Positions 1 through 10,484 are shown, numbered from the stretch's first letter. The stretch is DNA of 64,000 bases from an uncultured Candidatus Saccharibacteria bacterium (GCA_963543945.1 CAUUCN010000001.1:1118-65117); one strand, 5' to 3'. Program-made: numbers and translations. The notes: generated from the sequence alone by a model not told the origin.

Positions 1-2138
1 GTGGTGACATTACTGAGGTCAAAATGAGAAATATCAAGTTGAGGAGTATCTAGATTTTGGAACATATAACTCATATCGGTGAGATTTGCAGTATTGAATG
101 TGCTTGGGAAGGTTACTGGGCCATTAGCATAAGCTTTTGCGAACATATGCGAGGCGTTGGTGACTTTATCGGCTTTAAGATTCGGGATGATGTTGGCTTG
201 TGATAGATATGGTGTATTGGCAAATAGGTGACTGAGATTAAGGGCATTTTTGATATCTAATTTATCAAAATTATTAATAGTTGTGAGCTTAGGGGCATTT
301 TCAAAAAGAGAGCTCATGTCGGTAACATTTGAAGTATTAAAGACGGTTGGTAAGGTGACCGTTTTAAGTTCGGATGCACCTTTAAAGATACCAGCGACTG
401 CGGTAAGTGGTCCAGTTTGCATACTACCAAGGTCGATATTTTTAACCTTACTATTTTCAAACATGTAGGACATATCAGTAATGTTGTTGCCGCCTAGATT
501 ATTATTGTTTAATACGAGTTGATCGGCAGAAGTGTCTTTAAACATCCCAGAAAGATTAGTTGCCGCACTAAAGGTGATTTTGGATAGATCGATATTGCTT
601 GCGTTTGTGGCACCATTAAACATGTTTGAGAAGTCAGTGGTACTAGAAAATGTTGCCTCTGGCATACTAATTGTAGCAGCTTGAGCATTTTTAAACATTC
701 CACTCGCATTTTCAACGTTATTGAAAGTTGCTTTTGGCATAGTAATCGTGGTGGCTTTGGTGTTTTCAAACATTCCACTAGCATTTTCAACGTTATTAAA
801 AGTTGCATTTCCGAGGGTAATGGTGGTGGCGGCGGAATTTTTGAACATATTTTGGGTATTGGTGGTGTTTTCGAAGGTTGAATTACTGAGATTGATTTCT
901 CGTAGTGCCGAATTTTCGAAAATAGATGAGGCGTCTTCCATGTCGGAAATAGTCCAAGTAGAAAGATCGGCAGTCTCAAGGTATTTTGCGTTTTTGAAAA
1001 GATTAGAAATATTTTTGGCATTTGACATGAAAGAGGTGTCATCAATAACGGAAATACCAGAATCTTCGTAAAGTGATTCTATATTTTCAACTTCTGCCTT
1101 TTTCAGATAATTGGTGAATTCATCGGCTTTAAATTTGTTGCTATAATAACCCGTCGTTTTATGAAAGAGGTGTGAAGCATCTTTGACTTTGGAAAAATCG
1201 AGCATGTTACTATCTCGTCCATCATTAAAGGTGAAAGACACATCTCTATTGATATTAGTGAGTCCGGAGAACATATAAGATAGATTTTCTGGGAAGATAA
1301 GCTTGGTGGCAGGTGTCCAAATGCAGTATTTATCCCAAGAGTTACGATATCCGCCAAGATAGACCGGTGCTTCGGAATCTGGAGTGGAAATTAAACTCGT
1401 GCGTTCTGGTGTAATATCGTTACTACATTTATTTTTACCAACTGAAATACTAAGATCAGGGTAATAAGAATTGCTGGTGGTTTTTAAAGGATCGTCAAAA
1501 TAACTTTGATCAGTAATGCCAAGGCCCTTTTTGAGTGCTTTATTTAATTCTGTGCCACTTACGATTTTTCCAGTAGATTCACCTTCTGAAATGAGGGTAA
1601 AAACTAATTTACGTTGATAAGATCCAGCTGGGATGTTGTTACGTAGTGCAAAACCCAAATTAAATTTAAAGTTATCGGCCGCTGTGAGTTGAGTGGTAAC
1701 ATTGCGGATTAGTGCGGGTGACGCAAGGGCTGGAATGTAGTTGTATAGTTTATTGTCAACGGTTTCGGTATTGTAACCATACTGATCATTCATAGCACTA
1801 GACAGATTATTATTGTTGCCATAGACGGAAGTAATCTTAAAACTATTACCCGTAGTACTGACAAGTCCAGTCTCAGCACTGTCGCTACTAAAATAGAGCT
1901 TATAGCCAGTCGAGCTACTGGAGTTGACGGTTAAATCGAGAGTTTTTGTGACCTCAGTTTTAGCCTGGGTACCAGTGTCGGCTTGAATGTTGATATTTGA
2001 TGGAACGGTGATTGAAACAGAATCGGCAAAAGTGTCTTGAGTTTTAATCAAGAAGAACGCAAGGCTAAAAATTAGAGCAAAGCTAATTCTTTGGCCTAGA
2101 CCACAAAAACTTCTTTTGTGTGTGCGTGATTTTTGCAC
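1..2138 (-). CDS. BspA-like leucine-rich-repeat surface protein (DUF285-type repeats), N-terminal 712 codons; C-terminus lies beyond the window edge
   Basis: Hand translation from GTG at 2138 (GGAGGA just upstream) stays open to position 1, so it is absent from the ORF track. Basic plus hydrophobic signal-like N-terminus; many ~25-aa xxxMFxxxxxxxxIxL repeats. First ~300 aa collinear with paralog 2306..5179 (QYGYN, FNLGF, NKCS..ERTS.IS.PDS, YLGGYR.SWD..CIW). Confidence 0.8.
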   Translation of the reverse strand, partial: MQKSRTHKRSFCGLGQRISFALIFSLAFFLIKTQDTFADSVSITVPSNINIQADTGTQAKTEVTKTLDLTVNSSSSTGYKLYFSSDSAETGLVSTTGNSFKITSVYGNNNNLSSAMNDQYGYNTETVDNKLYNYIPALASPALIRNVTTQLTAADNFKFNLGFALRNNIPAGSYQRKLVFTLISEGESTGKIVSGTELNKALKKGLGITDQSYFDDPLKTTSNSYYPDLSISVGKNKCSNDITPERTSLISTPDSEAPVYLGGYRNSWDKYCIWTPATKLIFPENLSYMFSGLTNINRDVSFTFNDGRDSNMLDFSKVKDASHLFHKTTGYYSNKFKADEFTNYLKKAEVENIESLYEDSGISVIDDTSFMSNAKNISNLFKNAKYLETADLSTWTISDMEDASSIFENSALREINLSNSTFENTTNTQNMFKNSAATTITLGNATFNNVENASGMFENTKATTITMPKATFNNVENASGMFKNAQAATISMPEATFSSTTDFSNMFNGATNASNIDLSKITFSAATNLSGMFKDTSADQLVLNNNNLGGNNITDMSYMFENSKVKNIDLGSMQTGPLTAVAGIFKGASELKTVTLPTVFNTSNVTDMSSLFENAPKLTTINNFDKLDIKNALNLSHLFANTPYLSQANIIPNLKADKVTNASHMFAKAYANGPVTFPSTFNTANLTDMSYMFQNLDTPQLDISHFDLSNVT
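693..842. repeat. Two near-identical 75-nt in-frame tandem units inside the BspA-like gene
   Basis: aaacattccact(c/a)gcattttcaacgttatt(g/a)aaagttgc... repeated with period 75 nt; encodes ATFNNVENASGMF(E/K)N...TI(T/S)MP twice. Confidence 0.85.
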
Positions 2139-2202
2139 TTAATCCTCCACTTTAACTTATTTTGACTTTATAGGTCGAAATAAATTTACTCTTAATGCTT
2201 AT

Positions 2203-2211
2203 ATTTTAGCA
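2203..2211 (-). promoter_or_regulatory. Extended -10 promoter (TGcTAAAAT) for the 1..2138 gene
   Basis: Reverse complement of attttagca. The flanking ttagcataaatggaat is also present upstream of the paralog at 5251. Confidence 0.5.
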
Positions 2212-2305
2212 TAAATGGAATGATGAATGGAAGAGCAAAATCGAGGATTTAGAATGTTTTTTATGATGGGTTTTTTCGGATGAAGAATGGAGTCGTTAGG
2301 GGTTA

Positions 2306-5179
2306 TTAGGGTTTTCTAGTGAAGACGCCTGGCTTTCCTGGTTCGTCGATACGAGCATATTCGATACCGTCTGGGGATGGAGTGGTCCCGAGCGCACCCA
2401 CGAGAGCAGTGCATCGATCAAAGATACCTTCGAATTTTGTAACTTTGGTTGTGACGAAGCTATCTGAGGCATATACAGTATTAAGACGGTTGCTATAGTC
2501 GAACATATGAGACATATCTTCGACACTACTGGTATCCCAGCCAGTAAGGTCAATTACCTCGAGATAACTAGACCCAAGAGTATTACTCATAGTTACTACG
2601 TTACTAACATTAAGTCCGGTGAGATCAATAGTACCATCTTGAGTCGTAGTGTAATAAAACATACTCTGCATATTTTTCACATTTGAGGTGTCAAAAGCGA
2701 TTTTGACTGGCGCAAAATCAAAAGTATCGTAAGTAAACATACCTTCCGTATTTTCCACTAATGAGGTGTCCAGTCCGGTGAGATCTAGTCGGGCAATACG
2801 GGTACCAAGTTCACTAAACATATAACCTAGGTCTGTTAATGAATGGGAATTGATTTTTGGGAAGACGATTTGGCCGAGGTAGTGATTCCCCTTGTAAAGA
2901 CCTCGAAGTGAGGCAAGGTATGGAGCCTCAACTGGATGATCCGGCCAAATGATTTGCTGGGCAGAGTACTTATTGTCATCAAGGGTAATTTCATCTGGAT
3001 TTGCTCCACTAAGCATCTCTTCCATGGTGGTGGCGCTATCAAAATTCATGTTGGAAATATCGAGTAATGGAACCTTGAAACCACCAAACATGTCTTTCAT
3101 ATTAGAGATATGATTGGTTTTAAAGGTAGTCGGAACGGTAGTATTTTGGCTAGAGGTGGTTCGATAAAACATATATGAAGCGTCGGTGATATTTTCAGAT
3201 TCAATATGGTGAATAAAATCTTTGATATCAAGCGATATAGTATTCGCAAACATGTGATTGGTGTCGGTAGCGCTAGTCAATTTGATTTTATCACCGTTTT
3301 CTAGCGTAGCAAGACGAATATTATCGGCGAGGAATGAACTAAAATCTGTAACAGCTGCGGTATTAAAGATATTTGGGAGAGTGATTTTTTGTACATTAGG
3401 AAGATTCTTGAACATACTGGCAATATTCTCTAGGGGGCCAGTGGAAATATTATGGAGATCTATTTCGGTAAGATAAGGGCAATCCTGAAACATACTCGAC
3501 ATATCAGTAATATGACTACCACCCATGGGTGCTACATTGAGGGTGAGACCGCTAATTTCGGATTTATAGAACATCTGAGAGAGATTTTCTGCCGAGATGA
3601 GGGATAGTTTTGGTAATTTTAGCGTAAAATAATAGGATCCACTTTCCTTAAAGAAGTTACTAAAGTTAGCTGTATTAGTGAAAGTGGCACTAGATAGATT
3701 GAACTCGTTAAGAGGTGCTTTTTGAAACATAGAGCCTGCGTCGGTAGATTTGGCAAAAGTGGCTTTAGTTAGAAGTATTTTTGAAGATTTGGTATTCATG
3801 AACATGGCGTGAGTGTCAGTGGTTTCACCAAATATTGCATTTGGAAGCTGGATTAGTGAAGAACTTTGGGTGTCCTTGAACATGTTTGCGGTGTTTTTAG
3901 TCTTAGCGAAGGTAGCATTATTTAGGATAGCCTGACCAATCCCACTACCCTCGAACATAGACTGAGTATCTTCGGCTTCGCCAATGATCCAATCGGAAAA
4001 ATTAACTTGATTTAATGATTTCGTATTGCGAAAAGCATAGGCGAGATTTTTGGCACGATTTACGATATTGCCGAATTTCTCAACGGTCTGGACTGTGGAA
4101 TTTTCGAAGATGGATTCAGCACTTTCGATCGGGGAATCTTTGAGATATTCAAAAAATTCTGAAGCTTCGAAGGAGCTGTTGTTATATGCGACAGTATTGT
4201 GGAATAGATGGTCAAGATTTTTGACTTTCTTAAAATTTAGCGTGGATTTACTGCGGCCGTCGGCAAAATTGAAGGAGACATGATAGTCGGTCCCGCCAAG
4301 TCCGGCATACAGATAGGAAAGATCTTCTGGGAAGATTAATTCTGTAGCATTACTCCAAATGCAGATATTATCCCAGCTGCTACGATAGCCACCGAGATAA
4401 ACTTCGGCGTCGGAATCTGGCAGGGAGATAACCGAGGTGCGTTCTTTGGTGATATTATCACTGCATTTATTTCTACCTACGGTAATATTAACCTCTGGCC
4501 ATAAATCGTTCGGGGTAGTGGTAAGCGGGTTATCGAGATAGCTGGCCTCGGTGATGCCGACGGCTTTTTTGATAGCCTTATTAATTTCGATACCATTAAC
4601 TAATTGGATGGAAGCTTGATCTTCGGCTAGGAGGGTAAAAATTAAATTGCGGTGATATTCACCAGGCTGTGCGGAAGATTCGAGTTCGAAGCCGAGGTTG
4701 AATTTGACAGTATCGGCAGCGGTAAGTGGATCTTTGACTTGCTTGATTTTGAGCGGGCTACTAAGGCTTGGGATTTGTTGGTAAATTTGATCGTCAGTGT
4801 CTTTAATATTATAGCCGTACTGGTTATGCATGTCTCTAGAAAGTACATAATTAGATCCGTAGACAGAAGGGATAGAATAGTCGTTCTTAGGGTCGTTGCT
4901 CACTAGTGAACTATCCTCGCTGTCGCTACTAAAAAGTAATTTGTAACCTAATGGGCTATTAGTATTGACGGTAATATTGATGGATTTAGAAAACTCCATT
5001 CTACTTCCAGTCGAAAAATCGGTTTCGACTTTAACCTCGCCAGGCATGCCTAGTGAGGCAGTCGAGGCATGGGTGCATTCGTAATGTAGCAAGCAAAATA
5101 AAGTGCTGACTAAAAAGATTGATAATATATTAAAAACCGACCTACCACTGATGGTATGTCTAATTCCTCGCTTTGACAC
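2306..5179 (-). CDS. BspA-like leucine-rich-repeat surface protein (DUF285-type repeats)
   Basis: 957-aa ORF with N-terminal hydrophobic anchor/signal. Long series of MF-containing ~23-25-aa repeats (TDMSSMFQDCPYLTEIDL, IASMFKNLPNVQKITL). Tandem paralog of 1..2138. Confidence 0.85.
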   Translation of the reverse strand: MSKRGIRHTISGRSVFNILSIFLVSTLFCLLHYECTHASTASLGMPGEVKVETDFSTGSRMEFSKSINITVNTNSPLGYKLLFSSDSEDSSLVSNDPKNDYSIPSVYGSNYVLSRDMHNQYGYNIKDTDDQIYQQIPSLSSPLKIKQVKDPLTAADTVKFNLGFELESSAQPGEYHRNLIFTLLAEDQASIQLVNGIEINKAIKKAVGITEASYLDNPLTTTPNDLWPEVNITVGRNKCSDNITKERTSVISLPDSDAEVYLGGYRSSWDNICIWSNATELIFPEDLSYLYAGLGGTDYHVSFNFADGRSKSTLNFKKVKNLDHLFHNTVAYNNSSFEASEFFEYLKDSPIESAESIFENSTVQTVEKFGNIVNRAKNLAYAFRNTKSLNQVNFSDWIIGEAEDTQSMFEGSGIGQAILNNATFAKTKNTANMFKDTQSSSLIQLPNAIFGETTDTHAMFMNTKSSKILLTKATFAKSTDAGSMFQKAPLNEFNLSSATFTNTANFSNFFKESGSYYFTLKLPKLSLISAENLSQMFYKSEISGLTLNVAPMGGSHITDMSSMFQDCPYLTEIDLHNISTGPLENIASMFKNLPNVQKITLPNIFNTAAVTDFSSFLADNIRLATLENGDKIKLTSATDTNHMFANTISLDIKDFIHHIESENITDASYMFYRTTSSQNTTVPTTFKTNHISNMKDMFGGFKVPLLDISNMNFDSATTMEEMLSGANPDEITLDDNKYSAQQIIWPDHPVEAPYLASLRGLYKGNHYLGQIVFPKINSHSLTDLGYMFSELGTRIARLDLTGLDTSLVENTEGMFTYDTFDFAPVKIAFDTSNVKNMQSMFYYTTTQDGTIDLTGLNVSNVVTMSNTLGSSYLEVIDLTGWDTSSVEDMSHMFDYSNRLNTVYASDSFVTTKVTKFEGIFDRCTALVGALGTTPSPDGIEYARIDEPGKPGVFTRKP

Positions 5180-5250
5180 GGTTTTTTCTCTCCCATTTAT
5201 GTTATTTATCTAGTCCTAATAGATAAATCTATGTTTATACATCTACTTCG

Positions 5251-5259
5251 AGTTTAGCA
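5251..5259 (-). promoter_or_regulatory. Extended -10 promoter (TGcTAAACT) for 2306..5179
   Basis: Reverse complement of agtttagca; shared ttagcataaatggaat context with 2203..2211. Confidence 0.45.
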
Positions 5260-5381
5260 TAAATGGAATAAAGTGGCGAAAGAAAAATGATGTAAAATTT
5301 AATAGATATCGCATAAAATATGAAAATGGCACAAAAAATAAGCACCGGTTTATGGGTGCTTATTTTAGAGAGATTAAGAGC

Positions 5382-6287
5382 TTAGTTGTAGATATTTTCT
5401 ACAGCGATGGATGGGCCCATGGTGGTAGAAATAAAGATACTCTTAATGTATTGACCCTTGATAGAAGCTGGTTTCATTGATTTTAAAGAATCCATGAATA
5501 CGGTAGCATTTTCGTTCAATTGGTCGAGGGTGAAATTGGTTTTACCAACACCGATGTGAACGATAGCTTGCTTGTCGACACGATATTCGACCTTACCAGC
5601 CTTAGATTCCTTGACGGCTTTCTCAATATCGAGAGTGACGGTACCAGCCTTTGGATTTGGCATCAAACCCTTAGGGCCGAGTAAGCGAGCAAACTTACCA
5701 AGTTTTGGCATGTAAGCTGGGGTAGAAATGAGAACGTCGAAATTGATGATTCCCTTTTCGAGTTGCTTGATGAATTCGGCATCTTCAGCGATGTCAGCGC
5801 CGGCAGCCTTAGCTTTCTTACATTCATCTTCTGGAGCGAAGACGGCGACACGAACAGTCTTACCATTACCGTTTGGAAGAACGATGGTGGTGCGAATGTT
5901 TTGGTCAGCTTGGCGTGGGTCGACACCAAGACGGGCGTGAATTTCGATAGTGGCATCGAATTTAGCTGGATTGGTTTCGACAGCAAGCTTGATAGCGTCG
6001 GTGAGGCTGTAAGCCTTGGTCTTGTCGATATTCTTGTAAGCGGCTTGGTATTTTTTACCACGGCGTTCCAAGATTGAACGAGTGACTGGCTTGGCACCCT
6101 TTGGTTTCTCCTCTAGGGCTTCTTGCTTGTGCTCTTCAGCACGAGCTTTGCGCTCTTCTTCAGCTTTAACTTCTTCGAGGTGCTTCTTAGATTTTTTACC
6201 AGATTTGGCAAATTTTTCTTCGGTCTCGACAGTTTCGACTGGAGTTTGGTTTAATTCTTCAGTAGATTTGATTTGTTCTTCTGACAT
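5382..6287 (-). CDS. rplA: 50S ribosomal protein L1 with ~70-aa Lys/Glu-rich N-terminal extension
   Basis: Residues ~73-301 read as bacterial L1 ([28 protein letters not shown]); sits directly downstream of rplK. Confidence 0.9.
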   Translation of the reverse strand: MSEEQIKSTEELNQTPVETVETEEKFAKSGKKSKKHLEEVKAEEERKARAEEHKQEALEEKPKGAKPVTRSILERRGKKYQAAYKNIDKTKAYSLTDAIKLAVETNPAKFDATIEIHARLGVDPRQADQNIRTTIVLPNGNGKTVRVAVFAPEDECKKAKAAGADIAEDAEFIKQLEKGIINFDVLISTPAYMPKLGKFARLLGPKGLMPNPKAGTVTLDIEKAVKESKAGKVEYRVDKQAIVHIGVGKTNFTLDQLNENATVFMDSLKSMKPASIKGQYIKSIFISTTMGPSIAVENIYN

Positions 6288-6347
6288 TTGATTTCTTTCT
6301 GTGGTATTAACGAGCGAACTCTCCCACGGTTAATTAATTTTAATTAA

Positions 6348-6773
6348 TTATTCGGCGATAGTGACACCCATTGAGCGAGCGGTACCAGCGACGGTTTTGA
6401 TAGCACCTTCAAGATCAACAGCATTCATCTGCTTCATCTTGATGTTAGCGATTTTTTCAAGTTGTTCACGAGTGATAGAGCCAACTTTTTCGGTGTTTGG
6501 ACGACCAGAGCCTTTTTGAAGTTTTAATTCTTCGCGAATTAAATCATCAACTGGCTGACCGAGACAAACCCAATCAAAAGTGCGATCATCGAAAACGCGG
6601 ATGTGAACGATGACGTTCTTGCCGGCGAATTCTTTGGTTTTGTCGTTGAATGGATTAATGAAATCCATCATGTTTAGACCCCATTGACCCAAGGTTGAAC
6701 CAACTGGAGGACCTGCGGTGGCCTTACCACCAGGGATACGTAACTTTAAGTTACCAATTACTTTTTTTGCCAT
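6348..6773 (-). CDS. rplK: 50S ribosomal protein L11
   Basis: 141 aa; GGKATAGPPVGSTLGQWGLN and a C-terminal L11-like domain; canonical rplK-rplA order. Confidence 0.92.
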   Translation of the reverse strand: MAKKVIGNLKLRIPGGKATAGPPVGSTLGQWGLNMMDFINPFNDKTKEFAGKNVIVHIRVFDDRTFDWVCLGQPVDDLIREELKLQKGSGRPNTEKVGSITREQLEKIANIKMKQMNAVDLEGAIKTVAGTARSMGVTIAE

Positions 6774-6840
6774 AATATATTTACTCCTAATTAGAGCGCG
6801 TAACGGATATATTTTAACATATTTCTTTAAAAAATACTAG

Positions 6841-6873
6841 AAAAAAGAAAAAACCACCGATGTCCTGGTGGCT
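6841..6873 (-). terminator. Intrinsic terminator downstream of the HD gene
   Basis: On the minus strand: CCACC...GGTGG hairpin followed by TTTTTCTTTTTT. Confidence 0.55.
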
Positions 6874-6895
6874 TATTTCTAAGGTACGATAAATT

Positions 6896-7714
6896 TTAGG
6901 CACCATGACGAAATTCATGAATTAACTCTCGTCCACGCGCAATTTTTTGTGCGTATTCAGGTGTCATTTCCAGAATTCCCTCATCACATTTGGTTAGCGT
7001 ATCAATGAGTTCCATGGTACGCTTAACGTCTACCTGATTACCGTCATAAAAACTTTCGAGCTCATGCTCAAAATCTTGACGGAAGTTACAAGGAAGACCT
7101 GTTTTCCAATGCACAGTCCTGTTCCAAGTGGTAAGCGGAAGTAGGTGCGCATAGATGACAGCTACGATTTGCTTGATGGTGGACTTGCTAGCAGTGCCGC
7201 GAAGCCAATATTTTGCAATCAAAGCTGAAACCGCCTCGTGATTATAGTAACAAATGTCACCAACTTTGTTGGTAGCGGCGGTGTACTTTTTCCCCACGTC
7301 GTGTAGGACAGCGAGTTGCACGGCTAAGGTGCTACTCAGGCCGGCGTCTACCAAATTGGCAGCCACTAATGCGACGTGATCACGAAGATTTTCGTGATGA
7401 TATTTGGAAGTTTGTGTGCCGATTGGGGCGATAACTTCTTCAATATTATCAGGAATAGCTGCACCGTGGATGAACGGATAGGTATAAAAGAATACACTAT
7501 CACGAACTTCTCGTTCCTGGTAAATATCATTGAAAAGCGCGTCCGGTTGATCGAGAAAATGATAAATTTCCTCAAGGTTGGCCGGTCGATTTTCGCAGAT
7601 AGCTAACAGCATCAGTCGTTGAGTTTCTGGAATATTTTCAAAATCATCGAGACTTGCATCCCAAAGTTTTTGAAGTGAAATTTTTGAAAAATACTTCGTT
7701 AATGTTTTGTTCAT
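6896..7714 (-). CDS. HD/HDIG-domain phosphohydrolase
   Basis: 272 aa; HHENLRDHV ... LAVLHDVGKKY ... NHEAVSA pattern typical of HD-domain metal-dependent phosphohydrolases. Confidence 0.7.
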   Translation of the reverse strand: MNKTLTKYFSKISLQKLWDASLDDFENIPETQRLMLLAICENRPANLEEIYHFLDQPDALFNDIYQEREVRDSVFFYTYPFIHGAAIPDNIEEVIAPIGTQTSKYHHENLRDHVALVAANLVDAGLSSTLAVQLAVLHDVGKKYTAATNKVGDICYYNHEAVSALIAKYWLRGTASKSTIKQIVAVIYAHLLPLTTWNRTVHWKTGLPCNFRQDFEHELESFYDGNQVDVKRTMELIDTLTKCDEGILEMTPEYAQKIARGRELIHEFRHGA

Positions 7715-7755
7715 ATAATCCCCTCCTAAATGTAAAACACCAAAACGACATCTAT

Positions 7756-7784
7756 ATTATAGCATTTTTAAGCATAAAAGTCAA
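7756..7784 (-). promoter_or_regulatory. Sigma70-type promoter TTGACT-17-TATAAT (with TGc extension) for the HD gene
   Basis: Minus-strand read: TTGACTtttatgcttaaaaatgcTATAAT; exact 17-nt spacer. Confidence 0.6.
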
Positions 7785-7799
7785 TGATTAACAGAGGTG

Positions 7800-7832
7800 A
7801 AAAAACAGAGTAGGCTGGATCTACTCTGTTTT
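7800..7832 (-). terminator. Intrinsic terminator after arcC
   Basis: ACAGAGTAG/CTACTCTGT 9-bp stem followed by a T-run on the minus strand. Confidence 0.75.
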
Positions 7833-7852
7833 AGAGTGTTTTAATCGATTAT

Positions 7853-8797
7853 CTATTCACCAATAATTTGGGTACCAGTTTTACCATTTATGGCGTTAAT
7901 GGCGTTCTCTGGATTGGTGATAATACAGGTACGATTTTTGCCACTTGAAACGAAGCTAATACCGGCTTCAATCTTTGGTAGCATGCTACCAGCGGCAAAT
8001 TCACCCTTCGCGATATACTTAAAGGCTTCATCGGCGGTGAGAGTCTTGAGATTTTCCTCATTGTCCTTTTTGAAGTTGATTTTGACATTCTCTACCGCAG
8101 TAAGAATCAAAAGTATGTCCGCATCAATGGTTTCGGCGAGTTTTTCGGCGGCAAAATCCTTATCGATGACAGCTTCAATGCCAACTAGGCGACCGTATTC
8201 GTCGTAATAAACTGGGATACCACCACCGCCGCCAGCGACAATAATGGCGCCATTGCCGAGAGCAATCTCAACGAGCTCGGATTCAATAATCGAAAGTGGC
8301 ATTGGTGAAGGGACCACCTTGCGCCAGCCACGACCAGCATCTTCCTTGACGGTGAAATGACGTTCTTTGCTAAGCTTTTTAGCTTCTTCTTCAGTGTAGA
8401 ATGGGCCGATTGGTTTGCTCGGATTTTTGAAAGCCGGATCGTCCTTAGAAACTAGAACCTGGGTCACGATAGCGGCAATCGGCTTATTGATGCCCTCGGA
8501 TTCGAGCTGATTGCGCATGGCATTCTGTAGCCAATAGCCAATTTGACCTTGAGACATAGCACCAGCGACATCAATTGGCATAGTCGGAGTTTTTTCGGTA
8601 TTGATAGCTTCTTCGTGCAGAATAATATTGCCGATTTGTGGGCCGTTGCCATGCACAATGACTAATTGGTGGCCAGCCGCCACGAGCTTGGCAAGCTCCT
8701 TGGCGGTCTGGTTGGCGACTTCGAGTTGATCTTTGGCGGTTGCTTTGCCATCACGGCTTAAGGCATTTCCACCGAGAGCGACGACGATTTTGGCCAT
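7853..8797 (-). CDS. arcC: Carbamate kinase
   Basis: 314 aa; MAKIVVALGGNAL N-terminus and VIVHGNGPQIG and GGGGIP motifs; last gene of the arc cluster. Confidence 0.92.
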   Translation of the reverse strand: MAKIVVALGGNALSRDGKATAKDQLEVANQTAKELAKLVAAGHQLVIVHGNGPQIGNIILHEEAINTEKTPTMPIDVAGAMSQGQIGYWLQNAMRNQLESEGINKPIAAIVTQVLVSKDDPAFKNPSKPIGPFYTEEEAKKLSKERHFTVKEDAGRGWRKVVPSPMPLSIIESELVEIALGNGAIIVAGGGGGIPVYYDEYGRLVGIEAVIDKDFAAEKLAETIDADILLILTAVENVKINFKKDNEENLKTLTADEAFKYIAKGEFAAGSMLPKIEAGISFVSSGKNRTCIITNPENAINAINGKTGTQIIGE

Positions 8798-8799
8798 GA

Positions 8800-10377
8800 T
8801 TAAATCATCCCCATAACGAAGACGGCGAATAGGCTAATGATAACAAAGGCAACCATTAACGGCATAACGCGTTTGACCCAGGTCTTGTAGGATACGCCAG
8901 AAAGTGTGAGTCCGGCCATCAAGGAAGCGATGGTTGGGGCGATCATATTGAGGAGACCGTTGGCGTTAGCGAAGGCTACTACCATGGTTTCTTTATTACT
9001 GCCGACAAGTTCAGAGACTGGTGCAATGATTGGCATGGAAGCTGCAGCGAGACCAGAGGAAGATGGAATAATAAAGGAAAGTGGAAGGTAGAAAATGTAG
9101 GCTAAGACGCCGACGAGGCCGCCATTGAAATTAGCGAGACCTTTTTCACCCCAGTGAATAATGGTATCTTCGATACCACCAGCGCGCATCACGATGGCGA
9201 CGCCAGCTGCCACGGCGATGATTACGGCGACACTCAAGAGGTCTTCTGATCCCTTAATGAAAGTGTCGGTGATGGAGACGTTTTTCTTGCTAAACTCTTT
9301 GCGGTAAATGAGGGCAATTATCACGGTCGAGATGAGGAAGAGGGTAGAAATTTCATTAAAGTACCAAGTTCCGAGGGCGCCATTGTGATTAACACCAAGA
9401 ACGGTAGAAAGTATTGGAACTCCAGCAAAGAATTCATGCAAGACATCGAAGAAATCGATTTTAAAACCACTCCAAGGGATGAGAGAGATGATCATAATCA
9501 CGAAGGTGACAGCGAAAACTCCCATGATGAGTTGGCGTTTGAAATTGTATTCTGGTACGCTATTAAGATTAATTGGTTTAAAAGTGGAAGCGACGGAAGA
9601 ATCATCGGCGTATTTACCAGCTTTTGCTTTCTTTGCATAATTCATGACGAAAAGAATGGCAAGAACGAGCATGACTACGAGGACGAGCATTTGAATCCAG
9701 AGAATGTTACCGAGTTGAACATCAGCGGTCCTAGCGGCAATGCCAGTAGAGAATGGGTTGACCGTGGAGGCCAAAACACCGACTCCACCACCTAGTACAA
9801 TCATCATTAAGGCAGTCATAGAATTATAGCCAGCAGCCATCATGACTGGAATAATAAGGGCATAAAAGGCGACAGCTTCTTCTTGCATACCATAAGTGGT
9901 ACCACCAATAGCGAATAAGGTCATCAAGATTGGAATAAGGAAAATTTCTTTACCGTTCATCTTCTTGAGAAGACCACCGAGAGCTGCATCGAGAGCACCA
10001 GTTTTCATGGTAATGCCTAGGAAACCACCGAGAATCAAGACAAAGATGATGACATCAAGACGATCAGCCATACCTTTGATTGGTGCCATAAAGACATCCC
10101 AAAGCCCTTGGCGATGGTCGACAGTGGTGACTTCTCCAGTCTCTTCATCTACGATATGTTCGACTTTGTCGATGCGCTGGTAGGTGCCGGCTTCGCGAAT
10201 TTCCTGAGACGGATCATTCGGGCCTTTAATCATGTTATATTTACCGGATGGAATAACCCAGGTTAGGGCTGCCATCAGGCCGATGATCGCAAACAAAACA
10301 GCAAAAGCCGATACCTTCTTGGTATGAGGGGTTTTTTGTTTTGGTTGTTTCTTCACCTTTTGAGGTTTTGCAACCAT
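8800..10377 (-). CDS. Polytopic membrane transporter, YfcC / C4-dicarboxylate-anaerobic-carrier-like (putative arginine/ornithine exchanger of the arc operon)
   Basis: Start moved to ATG 10377 (GAAAGGA Shine-Dalgarno). The first 29 codons of the ORF-track ORF cover a terminator and promoter. Over 10 hydrophobic segments; embedded between arcB and arcC. Confidence 0.75.
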   Translation of the reverse strand: MVAKPQKVKKQPKQKTPHTKKVSAFAVLFAIIGLMAALTWVIPSGKYNMIKGPNDPSQEIREAGTYQRIDKVEHIVDEETGEVTTVDHRQGLWDVFMAPIKGMADRLDVIIFVLILGGFLGITMKTGALDAALGGLLKKMNGKEIFLIPILMTLFAIGGTTYGMQEEAVAFYALIIPVMMAAGYNSMTALMMIVLGGGVGVLASTVNPFSTGIAARTADVQLGNILWIQMLVLVVMLVLAILFVMNYAKKAKAGKYADDSSVASTFKPINLNSVPEYNFKRQLIMGVFAVTFVIMIISLIPWSGFKIDFFDVLHEFFAGVPILSTVLGVNHNGALGTWYFNEISTLFLISTVIIALIYRKEFSKKNVSITDTFIKGSEDLLSVAVIIAVAAGVAIVMRAGGIEDTIIHWGEKGLANFNGGLVGVLAYIFYLPLSFIIPSSSGLAAASMPIIAPVSELVGSNKETMVVAFANANGLLNMIAPTIASLMAGLTLSGVSYKTWVKRVMPLMVAFVIISLFAVFVMGMI

Positions 10378-10422
10378 ATATGTCCTTTCATATAAGTTTG
10401 GTTTATATGAATCAAGTATAGC

Positions 10423-10431
10423 ACTTATGCT
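10423..10431 (-). promoter_or_regulatory. Extended -10 promoter (TGcTATACT) inside the arc cluster
   Basis: Lies between the arcB terminator hairpin and the transporter start. Confidence 0.45.
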
Positions 10432-10440
10432 AAAAAAGAA

Positions 10441-10469
10441 GCAGGGGGTCTGCTTCTTTTTCATTGTGG
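10441..10469 (-). terminator. Hairpin terminator or attenuator between arcB and the transporter gene
   Basis: GAAGCAG-ggggt-CTGCTTC flanked by an A-run and a T-run. Confidence 0.65.
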
Positions 10470-10484
10470 AAAACTGAAATCAGT

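Noticed and set aside
6288-6347. L1-binding autoregulatory hairpin between rplK and rplA (GUGGGAGAGUUCGCUCGUUAAUACCAC)
   Set aside because: A stem is present, but I cannot verify similarity to the 23S L1-stalk mimic from memory, so it is not listed as a feature.
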